The notes under the pieces: model-generated | What the model was told of the DNA's origin: nothing | What the model saw: the letters and a program-made list of their open reading frames with translations, nothing else | The model's database searches: none | Position numbers and translations under genes: made by a program | Shown: positions 11,035-22,461 of the stretch, piece after piece | How the letters are laid out: each line of letters starts with the position of its first letter | Position numbering within the stretch: the stretch's first letter is position 1 | NCBI RefSeq assembly: GCF_016793225.1 | Contig: NZ_JAEUMN010000081.1 | Coordinates: 2,001-66,000, forward strand | DNA from: Phenylobacterium sp. | GTDB lineage: Bacteria; Pseudomonadota; Alphaproteobacteria; Caulobacterales; Caulobacteraceae | DNA length: 64,000 bases | Direction of reading: 5' to 3'

Positions 11035-13392
11035 CTACGGCGCCGCCGAGACCAGGATTTCGCGCTTGCCGGCGTGGTTCGCGGGGCCGACGACGCCTTC
11101 CTGCTCCATGCGCTCGATGAGCGAGGCGGCGCGGTTGTAGCCGATCTGCAGGCGGCGCTGGATGTAGCTGGTCGAGGCCTTGCCGTCGCGGGTGACCACG
11201 GCGACCGCCCGGTCGTAGAGGTCGTTGCCGTCCCCGTCGCCGCCGCCGTAACCGCCCCCGTCGCCGTCGCCGTCCTCGTCGTCGCCGCCGGCGGTGACCT
11301 CGTCGAGGTAAGCGGGCTGGCCCTGGTCGCGCAGGAACCTGGCCACGGCCTCGACCTCGCCGTCCGACACGAACGGGCCGTGCAGGCGCGTGATGCGGCC
11401 GCCGCCGGCCATGTAGAGCATGTCGCCCTGGCCCAGCAGTTGCTCGGCGCCCTGCTCGCCCAGGATGGTCCGGCTGTCGATCTTCGAGGTGACCTGGAAG
11501 CTGATCCGCGTCGGGAAGTTGGCCTTGATGGTGCCGGTGATCACGTCCACGGAGGGGCGCTGGGTGGCCATGATCAGGTGGATGCCGGCCGCGCGCGCCA
11601 TCTGCGCCAGGCGCTGGACGGCGCCTTCGATGTCCTTGCCGGCCACCATCATCAGGTCGGCCACCTCGTCGATGATGACCACGAGGTACGGCATCGGCTC
11701 GGGCCGGATCTTCTCGCTCTCGAAGATGGGCCGGCCGGCGTCGTCGAACCCGGTCTGCACCGTGCGCTCGAAATGCTCGCCCTTGGCGATGGCCTCGCGG
11801 GCCCGCTCGTTGAACGAGGCGATGTTGCGCACGCCGATCTTCGACATGCGGCGGTAGCGGTCCTCCATCTCGCGCACGGTCCACTTCAGCGCGACGATGG
11901 CCTTCTTGGGATCGGTGACGACGGGCGCCAGCAGGTGCGGGATGCCGTCGTAGACCGACAGCTCCAGCATCTTGGGATCGATCATGATCAGCCGGCACTG
12001 CTCGGGCGGCAGCCGGTAGAGGATCGACAGGATCATGGCGTTGACGCCCACCGACTTGCCCGAGCCGGTGGTCCCCGCGATCAGCAGGTGGGGCATCTTG
12101 GCGAGGTCGGCGATGTAGGGCTCGCCGCCGATCGTCTCGCCCAGCACCACCGGCACCACCTGGCCGCCGCGCTCGTACTCGGGCGCGGCCAGGAGCTCGC
12201 GCAGGTAGACCGTCTCGCGCCGCTGGTTCGGCAGCTCGATCCCGATGGCGTTGCGCCCGGAGACCACCGAGACGCGGCAGGCGGCGACGCTCATGGAGCG
12301 CGCGATGTCGTCGGCGAGCGCCACGACGCGGGCCGACTTCACGCCGGCGGCAGGAACCAGCTCGTAGAGCGTGACCACGGGGCCGGGCCGGATCTGGTCC
12401 ACCTGGCCGCGGACGCCGAACTCGGCCAGCACGCTCTCGAGCAGCTGGGCGTTCTGGCGCAGGGCGCCCTCGTCGTACTGCGCGGCGCGGGCGGGCGCCT
12501 TGGTGAGCATGGACAACTCGGGCAGCTGGAAGCCGCCCTCCTGGGCGAAGGCGAAGGTGGCCTGCGCCTCCTTGACCTCGCGGGCGCTCTCCTTGGGCGG
12601 GGCCTTCGGGGCCTTGACGGTGAGGGTGGGCGCATCCGCGGCGGCCTCGGGCTCGTCGTCGGCCGCCGCTTCGGGAACGACCGGCGGAGCCGCGGCGCGG
12701 TCGCGGCGGGCCACCTTGGCGGCCGCCGACGGCTCGGGACGGGCCGCCTTCAGCTTCGGCTTGGGGGTGAGCGCGTGCGAGAGCCAGTCGGCGACCCCGC
12801 GCGCGTCCAGTCGGGAAAGGCCCAGGCTGTAGCCGTAGGCCACGGCCCCGGCGAGGCTCAGGACCAGTCCCGCGATGAGGCCGCCCTGGGGAATCCGGGC
12901 GTAGCCGATCAGGCCCGACAGGCCGGCCAGGAGCGAGTCGCCCCAGAACCCGCCCAGCCCCTTGGCCAGCGGCCAGGCGGCCGGGACCGGCGCCCAGGCC
13001 AGCGCGCCGGCCAGCATCAGCACGCCGAGGGTCCCGATGGCGGCGCGCAGGCGCAAGCGGGCGCGCGAGGCGTCGGGGTCCGGATCGGCGACGCGGGACA
13101 GGCCGACCGTCACGATCAGGAGCGCCAGCAGGCCGGCGGCCACGCCCAGCGACTGCACTCCGATGTCGGCCAGCACCGCGCCGCCGCCGCCGAGGGCGTT
13201 CGTCGGCTGAAGGGGGCTTGCGGCGTTCAGGCTCGGATCCGCCGCGTTGTAGGTGGCGAAGGCCGCGGCCAGGGCCACGCCGAACGCCGCGGTCACGCCG
13301 CCGCGAAGGCGCGCGGTCGCGGGATGCCGCCAGGTGAGACTGCCGATGTGGAGCGCCAGCTCCCAGCCGGTCTTTCGCGCCACCCGCGCCAT
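11035..13392 (-). CDS. ftsK: DNA translocase FtsK
   Basis: N-terminal TM segments, Pro/Ala linker, Walker [23 protein letters not shown], and a C-terminal gamma domain ([18 protein letters not shown]). Start could also be 13422. Confidence 0.95.
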   Translation of the reverse strand: MARVARKTGWELALHIGSLTWRHPATARLRGGVTAAFGVALAAAFATYNAADPSLNAASPLQPTNALGGGGAVLADIGVQSLGVAAGLLALLIVTVGLSRVADPDPDASRARLRLRAAIGTLGVLMLAGALAWAPVPAAWPLAKGLGGFWGDSLLAGLSGLIGYARIPQGGLIAGLVLSLAGAVAYGYSLGLSRLDARGVADWLSHALTPKPKLKAARPEPSAAAKVARRDRAAAPPVVPEAAADDEPEAAADAPTLTVKAPKAPPKESAREVKEAQATFAFAQEGGFQLPELSMLTKAPARAAQYDEGALRQNAQLLESVLAEFGVRGQVDQIRPGPVVTLYELVPAAGVKSARVVALADDIARSMSVAACRVSVVSGRNAIGIELPNQRRETVYLRELLAAPEYERGGQVVPVVLGETIGGEPYIADLAKMPHLLIAGTTGSGKSVGVNAMILSILYRLPPEQCRLIMIDPKMLELSVYDGIPHLLAPVVTDPKKAIVALKWTVREMEDRYRRMSKIGVRNIASFNERAREAIAKGEHFERTVQTGFDDAGRPIFESEKIRPEPMPYLVVIIDEVADLMMVAGKDIEGAVQRLAQMARAAGIHLIMATQRPSVDVITGTIKANFPTRISFQVTSKIDSRTILGEQGAEQLLGQGDMLYMAGGGRITRLHGPFVSDGEVEAVARFLRDQGQPAYLDEVTAGGDDEDGDGDGGGYGGGDGDGNDLYDRAVAVVTRDGKASTSYIQRRLQIGYNRAASLIERMEQEGVVGPANHAGKREILVSAAP

Positions 13393-13491
13393 CGAATCCC
13401 CACGCTCCGAACTGCCGAACACCCCTTTCTGCCGCCGCGACCGTTAATCGCGCGTTTACCGTGATCGCGCCGCGGCCGGACGGGCTTCCGC

Positions 13492-13941
13492 ATGGCGGGC
13501 CGGCGCATTAGGGTCCGCGCCATGTCCTGGTCGATGCCCCGTCCCGTCCTGCAGCTCGTGGCGACCGCCCTCGTCGTGGCGTGCCTCGGCGCCTTCGCGC
13601 TGGGCGTGTTCACCGCGCCGGCCCGCGGCCGCCTGCCCGGCGACGGTCCCGTGGGCAAGAGCGCGGCCGTGCTGCAGGCCCAGGAGGCCACGCCGCTCAT
13701 CGACGAGAGGATCGGCGGCGCGCCGACGCCCGAGGAGCTCACGCCCGAGGAGCAGGCCGCGCTCGAGGCCGAGGAGAAGGCCAAGGCCGAAGCCGCCGCC
13801 CTGGCCAAGGCCGAGGCCGAGAAGGGCGCTCCGGCCGGCCCGGAAGCCGCGGCGGCCGTGACGCCCGCGCCGCCGCCCGCGGTGGTCGAGGCGGCGCCCG
13901 CGCCGACGCCGCCGCCGAAGGTGGAAGAGCCGGTGTTCTAG
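13492..13941 (+). CDS. Hypothetical membrane-anchored Ala/Pro/Glu-rich protein
   Basis: One N-terminal hydrophobic helix followed by a low-complexity AEAK/PAP region; start uncertain (13492 or 13522). Confidence 0.45.
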   Translation: MAGRRIRVRAMSWSMPRPVLQLVATALVVACLGAFALGVFTAPARGRLPGDGPVGKSAAVLQAQEATPLIDERIGGAPTPEELTPEEQAALEAEEKAKAEAAALAKAEAEKGAPAGPEAAAAVTPAPPPAVVEAAPAPTPPPKVEEPVF

Positions 13942-13972
13942 GCGGCGCAGCGCCGCTCCGCCGCCCGCGCGC

Positions 13973-14845
13973 CTACACGCCGTTCTTCTTGAAGAAGGCC
14001 AGCATCTTGCCCCAGGCGTCCTCGGCCGCCTCCTTGTTGTACGAGGGCCGGTAGTCGGCGTGGAATCCGTGCTGGGCCCCGGGGTAGACGATGATGTCGC
14101 TGCCGGTCTTGCCCGCGGCCGCGAGCGCCGCCTTCATCTTCTCGACGTCCGTGAGCGGGATGCCGTTGTCCTTCTCGCCGTAGAGGCCGAGCACCGGCGC
14201 CTTCAGTTCGGGCGCGAGGTCGAGCGGATTGCGGTTGGAGGCGTCCCCCGGCGACATCCCGGACGTGAGCCGGCCGTACCACGCGACGCCGCACCTGAAC
14301 TCGGCGAAGCGGGCGCAGGCCTCCCAGGTCACCGCGCCGCCCCAGCAGTAGCCGGTGACGGCCACCCGCTTCGCGTCCGCGAAGGACTGCGCCTTGAGCC
14401 AGTCGAGCGCGGCCTTGATGTCGCCGGTCACCTGGGCGTCCGTGGCGGTGGCCACGATCTTCATGATCGCGGGGAAGTCGGTGAGCTTCGACGGATCGCC
14501 CGCGCGGACGAAGAAGTCGGGCGCGATCACCACATAGCCGGCCTTGGCGAGGCGCCGGCAGGTGTCGCGGATGTACTCGTGCAGCCCGAACACCTCCGAG
14601 ATCAGCACCACGCAGGGGAACCGTCCGTTGCGGGCGGGACGGGCGACGAAGGCGGGGATCTCGCGATCGGCCGCCTTGATCGTCAGCTCGCTCTGCACGA
14701 GGTTCGTCCCGTCGGTCCTGATCGGCTCCGCCTGGGCGGACCAGGCGGCGACGGCGTAGCCGCCGGTCAGCGCCAGGGTCAGGCCGCGGCGCGACAGGTG
14801 CAGGTCCTCGGGGCGCGTGCCGTCCGGGCGGGTTAGGGTGACCAT
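13973..14845 (-). CDS. Dienelactone hydrolase family protein with Tat-like signal
   Basis: SRRGLTLALTGGYAVAAWSAQA signal; GYCWGG nucleophile motif; C-terminal YPGAQHGF. Confidence 0.85.
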   Translation of the reverse strand: MVTLTRPDGTRPEDLHLSRRGLTLALTGGYAVAAWSAQAEPIRTDGTNLVQSELTIKAADREIPAFVARPARNGRFPCVVLISEVFGLHEYIRDTCRRLAKAGYVVIAPDFFVRAGDPSKLTDFPAIMKIVATATDAQVTGDIKAALDWLKAQSFADAKRVAVTGYCWGGAVTWEACARFAEFRCGVAWYGRLTSGMSPGDASNRNPLDLAPELKAPVLGLYGEKDNGIPLTDVEKMKAALAAAGKTGSDIIVYPGAQHGFHADYRPSYNKEAAEDAWGKMLAFFKKNGV

Positions 14846-14965
14846 GGCGTTTCCTCCAGCATTGGGGCCGTCGCCGGCGCCGGTCGGCGGCCCGGACCAC
14901 GCAGGGCCATCAGGGGCCCGCCGGGAGTTGATGGGTTTCGACGTCGAACATCAAGGCCGACCGCC

Positions 14966-15439
14966 ATGAGCCTGCGCATGAAACCCCTGGCCGTCCGCCG
15001 CCTCACCGCCGGCGAGCGGGCGCTCGGCGCGGAGGTGTTCGGCGAGGCGCTGGATACGGACCGCGTGAGGATCCTCGCGCTGCCCGCCTGGAACCGCGCG
15101 TTCGTGACGGGGACGCGGCTGGTGGTGTGGCCGGCCGCCACGGCGCCCCTCGACTTCACCGACGAGCCGCTCCGCCGGCAGGCCGTGTTCGTCCACGAGC
15201 TCACGCACGTCTGGCAGGCGCAGCGGGGCGTGGTGCTGCTCTTGGCGAAGATCAAGGCGGGCGACGGCGCGGCGGCCTACGCCTACGACCTGGAGCGCGG
15301 GCCGGCGTTCGCGCGGCTGAACATCGAGCAACAGGCCATGGTCGTGGAGCACGCCTTCATCGCCTCGCGGGGCGGCGAGACGCCGCACCCGGCCGAGCTC
15401 TACGCCGCAGCCGCCGCGAACTGGCGGGGCGTCGCATGA
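14966..15439 (+). CDS. HExxH-motif protein (putative zinc metallopeptidase-like)
   Basis: 157 aa containing FVHELTHVWQ; no further family assignment possible. Confidence 0.55.
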   Translation: MSLRMKPLAVRRLTAGERALGAEVFGEALDTDRVRILALPAWNRAFVTGTRLVVWPAATAPLDFTDEPLRRQAVFVHELTHVWQAQRGVVLLLAKIKAGDGAAAYAYDLERGPAFARLNIEQQAMVVEHAFIASRGGETPHPAELYAAAAANWRGVA

Positions 15440-15468
15440 CAAGCCCCTGTCGAGATTGGGGCTTTGCC

Positions 15469-15496
15469 CTTGCAGGGCCCCCGAGTTTCCCCATAT
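15469..15496 (+). promoter_or_regulatory. Sigma-32 (RpoH)-type heat-shock promoter of dnaK
   Basis: cCCTTGCAG (-35) then 13 nt then CCCCATAT (-10), about 134 nt upstream of the dnaK ATG. Matches the CTTGAA-N13-15-CCCCATNT consensus. Confidence 0.6.
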
Positions 15497-15629
15497 CCGC
15501 TCTCGACACCGGCCTTCGCCCGAAGCAGGGCCGGACGGGACGTAGTCGAACCGGGGGCGTCGCTATTCTCGGGCGCTTCATCAGAAGGCCCACCCGCGGC
15601 GTCCGCCAACAGGAGCGAGCAGACGACTG

Positions 15630-17546
<1,917 letters not shown>

Positions 17547-17728
17547 CAACGCGCCCCATGGCGTCCGGACCTGCCTCACGGCATGAAGGCGTCATTGGGG
17601 TCGTCGCCGCCGCCTTCGCGGTTGCTGAAGCAACAGGTTCCCCCGCCCGCTCGGTCTTGCTAAGCCTTGCAGCCGGGCGGGGGGCCACCCACTTCAATTC
17701 ACACCAGTTTTCGAGCGCCTGACGACTC

Positions 17729-18883
17729 ATGCGGGACTATTACGAGATCCTGGGCGTGGAGCGCGGCTGCGACGAGGCCGCGCTGAAGTCCGCCTTCCGC
17801 AAGCAGGCGATGGAGCACCATCCCGACCGCAATGGCGGATGCGAGGATGCGGCCAGCCGGTTCAAGGAGATCAACGAGGCCTACTCGGTCCTCTCCGATC
17901 CCCAGAAGCGCGCCGCCTACGACCGCTTCGGCCACGCCGGCGTCAACGGCCAGGGGGGCATGGGCGGCGGCCAGTTCCACGACGTGGGCGACATCTTCAA
18001 CGAGGTGTTCGGCGACGTCTTCGGCGACATGTTCGGCGGGCGGGGCCGGCAGGCGCGCGGTGGTCCGGCGCGAGGCAACGACCTGCGCTACGACCTGGAG
18101 ATCACCCTCGAGCAGGCCTATGCCGGCTCCGAGGTCGAGATCACCGTCCCCGTGACCATGACCTGCGAGCCCTGCGAGGGCTCGGGCGCCAAGCCCGGCA
18201 CCAGCCCGACCACCTGCACCACCTGCCACGGGGCCGGCCGCGTGCGGGCCAGCCAGGGCTTCTTCTCCATCGAACGCACGTGCCCCCGCTGCGGCGGCTC
18301 GGGCCGCATGGTGATGGATCCGTGCGTCGAGTGCCGCGGCGCCGGACAGATCCGCAAGACCCGGACCCTGGCGGTGCGGATCCCCGCGGGCGTTGACGAC
18401 GGCGCGCGCATCCGCCTGGCCGGCGAGGGCGATGCGGGCCTGCGCGGCGGGCCGCGCGGCGACCTCTACATCTTCGTCTCGGTGAAGCCGCACGAGCTAT
18501 TCGAGCGCGATGGCCTCGACCTGTTGTGCACCGTGCCCGTGCCGATGTGCACCGCGGCGCTGGGCGGCGAGATCGAGGCGCCGTGCCTGATGGGCGGCGC
18601 GGACTGCGACGGCGCCTGCAAGATCGAGGTCAAGGTCCCCGAGGGCGCCCAGACCGGCCGCACGGTTCGCGTGAAGGGCCGCGGCATGCCGTCGCTGCGC
18701 GGGCCGCAGCGGGGCGACCTGGTGGTCGAGCTGTTCGTCGAGACGCCCACCCACCTGACCGCGCGCCAGAAGGAACTGATGCGCGAGCTCGCCGGCCTCT
18801 GCGGCGAGCAGCAGCACCCGAAGGCGGCCGGCTTCACCGGCAAGGCCCGGAAGTTCTGGGACAGCGTCCTGGGCCAGGCCTAG
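17729..18883 (+). CDS. dnaJ: Co-chaperone DnaJ
   Basis: J domain with HPD, G/F region, four CxxCxGxG zinc-finger repeats. Confidence 0.97.
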   Translation: MRDYYEILGVERGCDEAALKSAFRKQAMEHHPDRNGGCEDAASRFKEINEAYSVLSDPQKRAAYDRFGHAGVNGQGGMGGGQFHDVGDIFNEVFGDVFGDMFGGRGRQARGGPARGNDLRYDLEITLEQAYAGSEVEITVPVTMTCEPCEGSGAKPGTSPTTCTTCHGAGRVRASQGFFSIERTCPRCGGSGRMVMDPCVECRGAGQIRKTRTLAVRIPAGVDDGARIRLAGEGDAGLRGGPRGDLYIFVSVKPHELFERDGLDLLCTVPVPMCTAALGGEIEAPCLMGGADCDGACKIEVKVPEGAQTGRTVRVKGRGMPSLRGPQRGDLVVELFVETPTHLTARQKELMRELAGLCGEQQHPKAAGFTGKARKFWDSVLGQA

Positions 18884-18907
18884 GGTCCGCATCCAATACC
18901 CGCCCAT

Positions 18908-19017
18908 CCCGGCGAAGGCCGGGATCCAGATGGAATGGCTCAGACGCGGGTTCCGCAGGCTCGGAGCCCCTCCAACCACGACCTCGCACCAGGATCTGGG
19001 TCCCGGCATTCGCCGGG
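18908..19017. repeat. Inverted pair of REP-like palindromic units (the element that translates as ..PAFAGM..)
   Basis: cccggcgaaggccgggatccagat (18908-18931) versus atctgggtcccggcattcgccggg (18994-19017), 22/24 reverse-complementary. Each unit contains its own 6-bp stem cccggc/gccggg. Confidence 0.6.
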
Positions 19018-19090
19018 ACGGTCGGAAGCCGTTGAGATCGCGAGCTGCGCGACGACCCCTCCCGCGCCGCGGGAGAGGACGCGAAGCCCC

Positions 19091-21004
19091 CTACTTTTTC
19101 GGCCGGTACGCCACCAGCACATTGCCCGCCGTCTGGCCGAAGCTCGCGTAGCCCGAGGGCACGAACAGCATGCCGTCGCCGGCGAACGGCCCGGCCGCGT
19201 CGATCGAGCCGCCCTTGCCGTCGATCCCGTTCACGGTCTTGAACGGAACGGCCGTGTCGTGCGTGGCGAGCAGCTTGCCGGTCGCCGCCTCGAACACGTG
19301 GAACCGGCCGTCGAGGCTGCCGGCGATCACCGCCCCGTCCACCACCAGCGGCGGCGCCGAGAGTCCGTGCCGGATCGCGCAGCCCGCCACGCGGGTCATG
19401 CGCTCGCCGGAGCAGTCGGGCGTCGACTTCCACGACCAGGCGAGCTTGCCGCTGGCGATGTCGATGGCGTAGAGGCCCGCCGCGTTCAGCGGGGCCGGAA
19501 CGCCCGGATCCGAGATCGGCGCGAAGACGCGCACGCCGTCGGTGGCGATGCCCCAGTGGACGCCGCCCAGGGCCGAGCCCTTGCCGAACTGGTGGCGCCA
19601 CACCTTCCTGCCGGTGGCCGCGTCGACCGCCCAGACCTCGCCCGACTTCTGGCCGCCCAGTACGAGGCTCTTGCCCCTGCCCTTCCACAGGAGCGGCCCG
19701 CCGCCGAAATCGTGGTCGAGGAGCACGCTGCCCTCGCCGGCGAAGAAGCAGTTGGGGTTGATCTTCTGGCCGGGCTTCGGCGCGCCGATGGGGCAGGCCA
19801 TGTGCCAGATGTCGTTGGCGAGCGCCTGGAACACCCACTTCGTCTTGCCGGTCTTCAGGTCGATGGCGACGAGGGAGTCGGTGGTGCCCGGGTCGGGCGG
19901 CGAGGTGCCCTCCCCCGTCGAGGTGTAGGCCACGCCCGCCTTCAGGTCGACCGAGGGGCTGGACCAGATCGGGGCGCCCGAGGGCCCGAACATCTCGACG
20001 CCGGCCGAGTTCTTGCGGCCCAGCGGCTTGGCGTCGGGCATGGTGTGCCAGGTCCAAAGCAGCTTGCCGTCCGTGGCGCTGACGGCCGCCACCGCCCCAT
20101 GCGTCTTGCAGCATTCGTAGCCCTGCCGCATCGCCAGGCCGACGTCGGCGGCCGAGATCGGGACCAGGATGCGATCGCCCGCGAAGAGCGGCGTGCCCGA
20201 CAGCGGGACCTGCTTGTCGTGCCGCGGATCGACCCGCCACAGCACCTTGCCGTCGCGGGCGTCGAAGGCGGTGAGGTGACCGCTGTTGTCGCCGCCCACC
20301 AGCGCCCAGGGCCCGTTCGGACCCAGCCGGCCGTAGGCGAGGCTGGCGCGCAGGTTCGACGGCGTCTGGACGGCCCACTTCACGCAGCCGGTCCGGGTGT
20401 CGAGCGCCAGCAGGTGCCCGGCCTGGCCGGCCGGGTAGAACAGCGTGGACCCGACCACGACGCCCTGCCCCCGGAGGCCCGAGGTGCGCGGCAGGGCCAG
20501 CGCCCAGGCGACTTCGAGGTTGGCCGCGTCGCGGGTGTTGAACCCCGCCTGCGCGGCCGTCATCCGCCGGGAGTTGTCGGTGTCGACGCCGAAGCCCACC
20601 TGGGCGGCCCTGGCCGAGAGGTCGACGGCGCGCTTGTCCTCGGCGCACCGATTGCCGTCGAGCCAGGCCGTGCCGACCGGCCCCTCGGGCGCGGCGAGAT
20701 AGGCGACCACGTCGCGGATCTGGCGGCGATCCATGCCGTCGCCGATCGGCTTCATCACGCCGGTGGTGAGCGCCGCGGCGATCTGCTGGGCGCTCATCTT
20801 GCGCAGGGCGCTGAACGCGGGCGTGCGGCTGCCGGCCTCGGGCGCGTTGTGGCAGGCGGCGCAGAGCTGGTCGTAGACCGCCTTGCCCGGCGGCTCGAAC
20901 CCGTCGGTGGCCTGCGCCTGCGCCAGGCCCGCGAGGCCCATGCCCGCCAGCACCGCCGCCACGGCGGCCACCCCCGCCCCAGCCAGAGGTTTCCAGACGC
21001 CCAT
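19091..21004 (-). CDS. PQQ-dependent quinohaemoprotein dehydrogenase with N-terminal cytochrome c domain (polyvinyl-alcohol-dehydrogenase-like)
   Basis: Signal peptide MGVWKPLAGAGVAAVAAVLAG..AQA; heme site CAACHN; repeated beta-propeller W-motifs (KWAVQ, LWRVD, LLWTWH, KWVFQ, KLAWSW). Confidence 0.8.
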   Translation of the reverse strand: MGVWKPLAGAGVAAVAAVLAGMGLAGLAQAQATDGFEPPGKAVYDQLCAACHNAPEAGSRTPAFSALRKMSAQQIAAALTTGVMKPIGDGMDRRQIRDVVAYLAAPEGPVGTAWLDGNRCAEDKRAVDLSARAAQVGFGVDTDNSRRMTAAQAGFNTRDAANLEVAWALALPRTSGLRGQGVVVGSTLFYPAGQAGHLLALDTRTGCVKWAVQTPSNLRASLAYGRLGPNGPWALVGGDNSGHLTAFDARDGKVLWRVDPRHDKQVPLSGTPLFAGDRILVPISAADVGLAMRQGYECCKTHGAVAAVSATDGKLLWTWHTMPDAKPLGRKNSAGVEMFGPSGAPIWSSPSVDLKAGVAYTSTGEGTSPPDPGTTDSLVAIDLKTGKTKWVFQALANDIWHMACPIGAPKPGQKINPNCFFAGEGSVLLDHDFGGGPLLWKGRGKSLVLGGQKSGEVWAVDAATGRKVWRHQFGKGSALGGVHWGIATDGVRVFAPISDPGVPAPLNAAGLYAIDIASGKLAWSWKSTPDCSGERMTRVAGCAIRHGLSAPPLVVDGAVIAGSLDGRFHVFEAATGKLLATHDTAVPFKTVNGIDGKGGSIDAAGPFAGDGMLFVPSGYASFGQTAGNVLVAYRPKK

Positions 21005-21135
21005 TGCCGTTTCCCCAACTCTTCTTGGCGCGGAAGCTAGCGTCCCGGACATGCGTCAGGATTGCCCGCCTGAAATCACCGTACCGGTTTGCGGCCGCGC
21101 GCCCTTTCGGCTAGAGACACGCCTCCGCTGAAGAC

Positions 21136-21212
21136 GCACCCGTAGCTCAGCTGGATAGAGCGTTGCCCTCCGAAGGCAAAGGTCACACGTTCGAATCGTG
21201 TCGGGTGCGCCA
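21136..21212 (+). tRNA. tRNA-Arg (anticodon CCG), CCA encoded
   Basis: Hand-folded cloverleaf: acceptor gcacccg/cgggtgc, D arm gctc/gagc, anticodon arm ttgcc-ctCCGaa-ggcaa, T arm acacg-ttcgaat-cgtgt. 77 nt. Confidence 0.9.
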
Positions 21213-21429
21213 GCGAAAACAGCGAGTTAGCGTATCCGGACGCGCAACGCCCGTGGCCTTGGTCACCACCTAGTCACCACCACGAGCCTGAACGAGCCAC
21301 GCTGTTCACATCTGTGCGAGCCTGGAAGCCTTCACGGAAGGTCGCGTTCTCGGCCCCGAGTTGAAGCCAGTTTGCGACCTACGCAGACATCCCCACAGCG
21401 ATCGGACGCGCCCACAGTGGACGTTCGCT

Positions 21430-22461
21430 TCAGCGCAGACGAGCAAGGAAGAACTTGGTGATCACGGCGTAGGCCTCGCGCGCTTCCGGCACACGCGAGT
21501 CGTAGAAGAAGGCGTGGCGGCCCCCCTCCCAGACGTGCAGGCGCGCGTCGACGCCGGAGGCGACCAGACGGCTGTGAAGGTTGACCGCGCTGCTCATGGC
21601 GAAGTCGCGCGTGCCTACGATCACCAGTGTTGGCGGAAAGCGCTTTAGGGTGGCCGGATCGGAGGCGGGATAGGCGACCACATCGCCTGCCCGGGCCGTC
21701 CGCATGTAGCCCAGGCGCGGACCGCCTGCACCGGGGGAACTGGCCGGAGCCTCGCCGTCACCCAGAAGCATGCCGAGGATGCGCGAGTCGCCGCTCATGG
21801 AGGCGTCGCCTCCGGCGCAGAAGACCCCGGCGGCAGCGGGAGTGGGCAGGCCGCGCTTCTGGAACCAAGCCAGCGACTGGGCCGTCAGGAGGCCTCCGGC
21901 CGAGCAGCCATACAAGCCGATCCTGCGGGCTGGGGTGGTCTTCAGAATTTCGCGATAGACCGCCTCGACGTCCTGGCTAGCCTCGGGGAACTGGGCCTTG
22001 GGCGCGAGCCGGTAGTCGATGCTGATCACCCGCAGGCCGCTAAGCGCCGCCACCGGAATCGACTCCAACCCGCCGCACTCGGTGAAGCAGCCGACGAAGC
22101 CACCCCCGTGGACGTTGATCAGCACCGGCGCCCTCGGGGCTCCGCCGAGCGGCTCATAGATCCGCACGGGCACGCCGCCCATGGTGGCGTCTCGGATAGT
22201 CACCGGATACGCGGTCTTGGTCCGCTCCAGGCGCGGACCGAAAAGAGCGGCGTTGAACCCATCGACTTGACGACCCGCCAAGCCGCGCTCGGTCAGGATG
22301 TGCTCAACACGCGACTCGTTGCCCTCACGGCTCATCAGCGGCGAGCTGGGGATCTCCAATGCCGGCAGATGGGTCGTTCCATCTGGCGTTACAGCGACGG
22401 GCGCGGCCTGCGCCGTCGTGACGAACAAGGCGGCGATCAGGCTGGAGACGACGCGGTTCAC
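21430..22461 (-). CDS. Secreted alpha/beta hydrolase (esterase/lipase, HGGG-type)
   Basis: GTG 22461 overlaps the symporter stop (GTGA). Signal peptide VNRVVSSLIAALFVTTAQA; oxyanion HGGGF; nucleophile GCSAGG. Confidence 0.8.
   Translation of the reverse strand: MNRVVSSLIAALFVTTAQAAPVAVTPDGTTHLPALEIPSSPLMSREGNESRVEHILTERGLAGRQVDGFNAALFGPRLERTKTAYPVTIRDATMGGVPVRIYEPLGGAPRAPVLINVHGGGFVGCFTECGGLESIPVAALSGLRVISIDYRLAPKAQFPEASQDVEAVYREILKTTPARRIGLYGCSAGGLLTAQSLAWFQKRGLPTPAAAGVFCAGGDASMSGDSRILGMLLGDGEAPASSPGAGGPRLGYMRTARAGDVVAYPASDPATLKRFPPTLVIVGTRDFAMSSAVNLHSRLVASGVDARLHVWEGGRHAFFYDSRVPEAREAYAVITKFFLARLR

Noticed and set aside
21330-21430. Possible integrase remnant next to tRNA-Arg (frame giving ..KPVCDLRRHPHS.., reminiscent of the HDLRRT box)
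   Set aside because: Only a 4-5 residue resemblance, no surrounding integrase motifs, and too close to the tRNA for a full-length gene. Insufficient evidence.
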